This document shows positions 62,242 through 64,000 of a stretch of DNA of 64,000 nt, piece by piece. The notes below the pieces were generated by a model. The model searched no databases. It had not been told where the DNA came from and saw only the letters and a program-made list of their open reading frames with translations. The position numbers were made by a program, and so were the translations under genes. Numbering within the stretch: the first letter of the stretch is position 1; the number at the start of each line of letters is the position of its first letter. Location of the stretch: positions 310,001 to 374,000 of the forward strand of contig CBFFRP010000296.1 of assembly GCA_965644295.1 (NCBI GenBank), written 5' to 3'. The stretch is from Paraphysomonas bandaiensis (taxonomy: Eukaryota; Protista; Chrysophyceae).

Positions 62242-62270
62242 CATTCAAGAATAGCGTCATTGATATTGCA

Positions 62271-64000
<1,730 letters not shown>

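Overview
Eukaryotic nuclear DNA, compact and gene-rich, with many short (about 30-120 nt) GT-AG introns. The gene and transposon content suggests a protist, probably a stramenopile (inference only). About 17 protein genes are recognisable: BRE1-like RING E3, tandem-PLAC8 protein, proteasome beta5, NFACT-R protein, dihydrouridine synthase, a Zn-finger/MYND protein, non-specific phospholipase C, an sAC/ADCY10-like STAND nucleotide cyclase, FPP synthase with a hydrophobic N-terminal extension, RBM34/Nop12, a disrupted NEK-like kinase, a cAR/GCR1-like GPCR, vasohibin, a GT61 glycosyltransferase, a large Kelch-type membrane protein, PI4-kinase, an SGNH/PC-esterase, and a partial ABCC transporter. 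Fourteen genes form seven head-to-head pairs. All three long (TATG)n arrays lie inside these bidirectional promoters, while mobile DNA collects mostly in tail-to-tail gaps. Mobile DNA includes hAT elements with 8-bp TSDs, a LINE, Ty1/Copia with a solo LTR, and a non-coding, hairpin-rich dispersed repeat that shares the LINE 3' tail. The 5' head of that repeat partly fits an HDV-like ribozyme fold. Multi-exon gene coordinates are hand-built spans (start codon to stop codon, introns included), and family calls come from motif recognition, not database searches.
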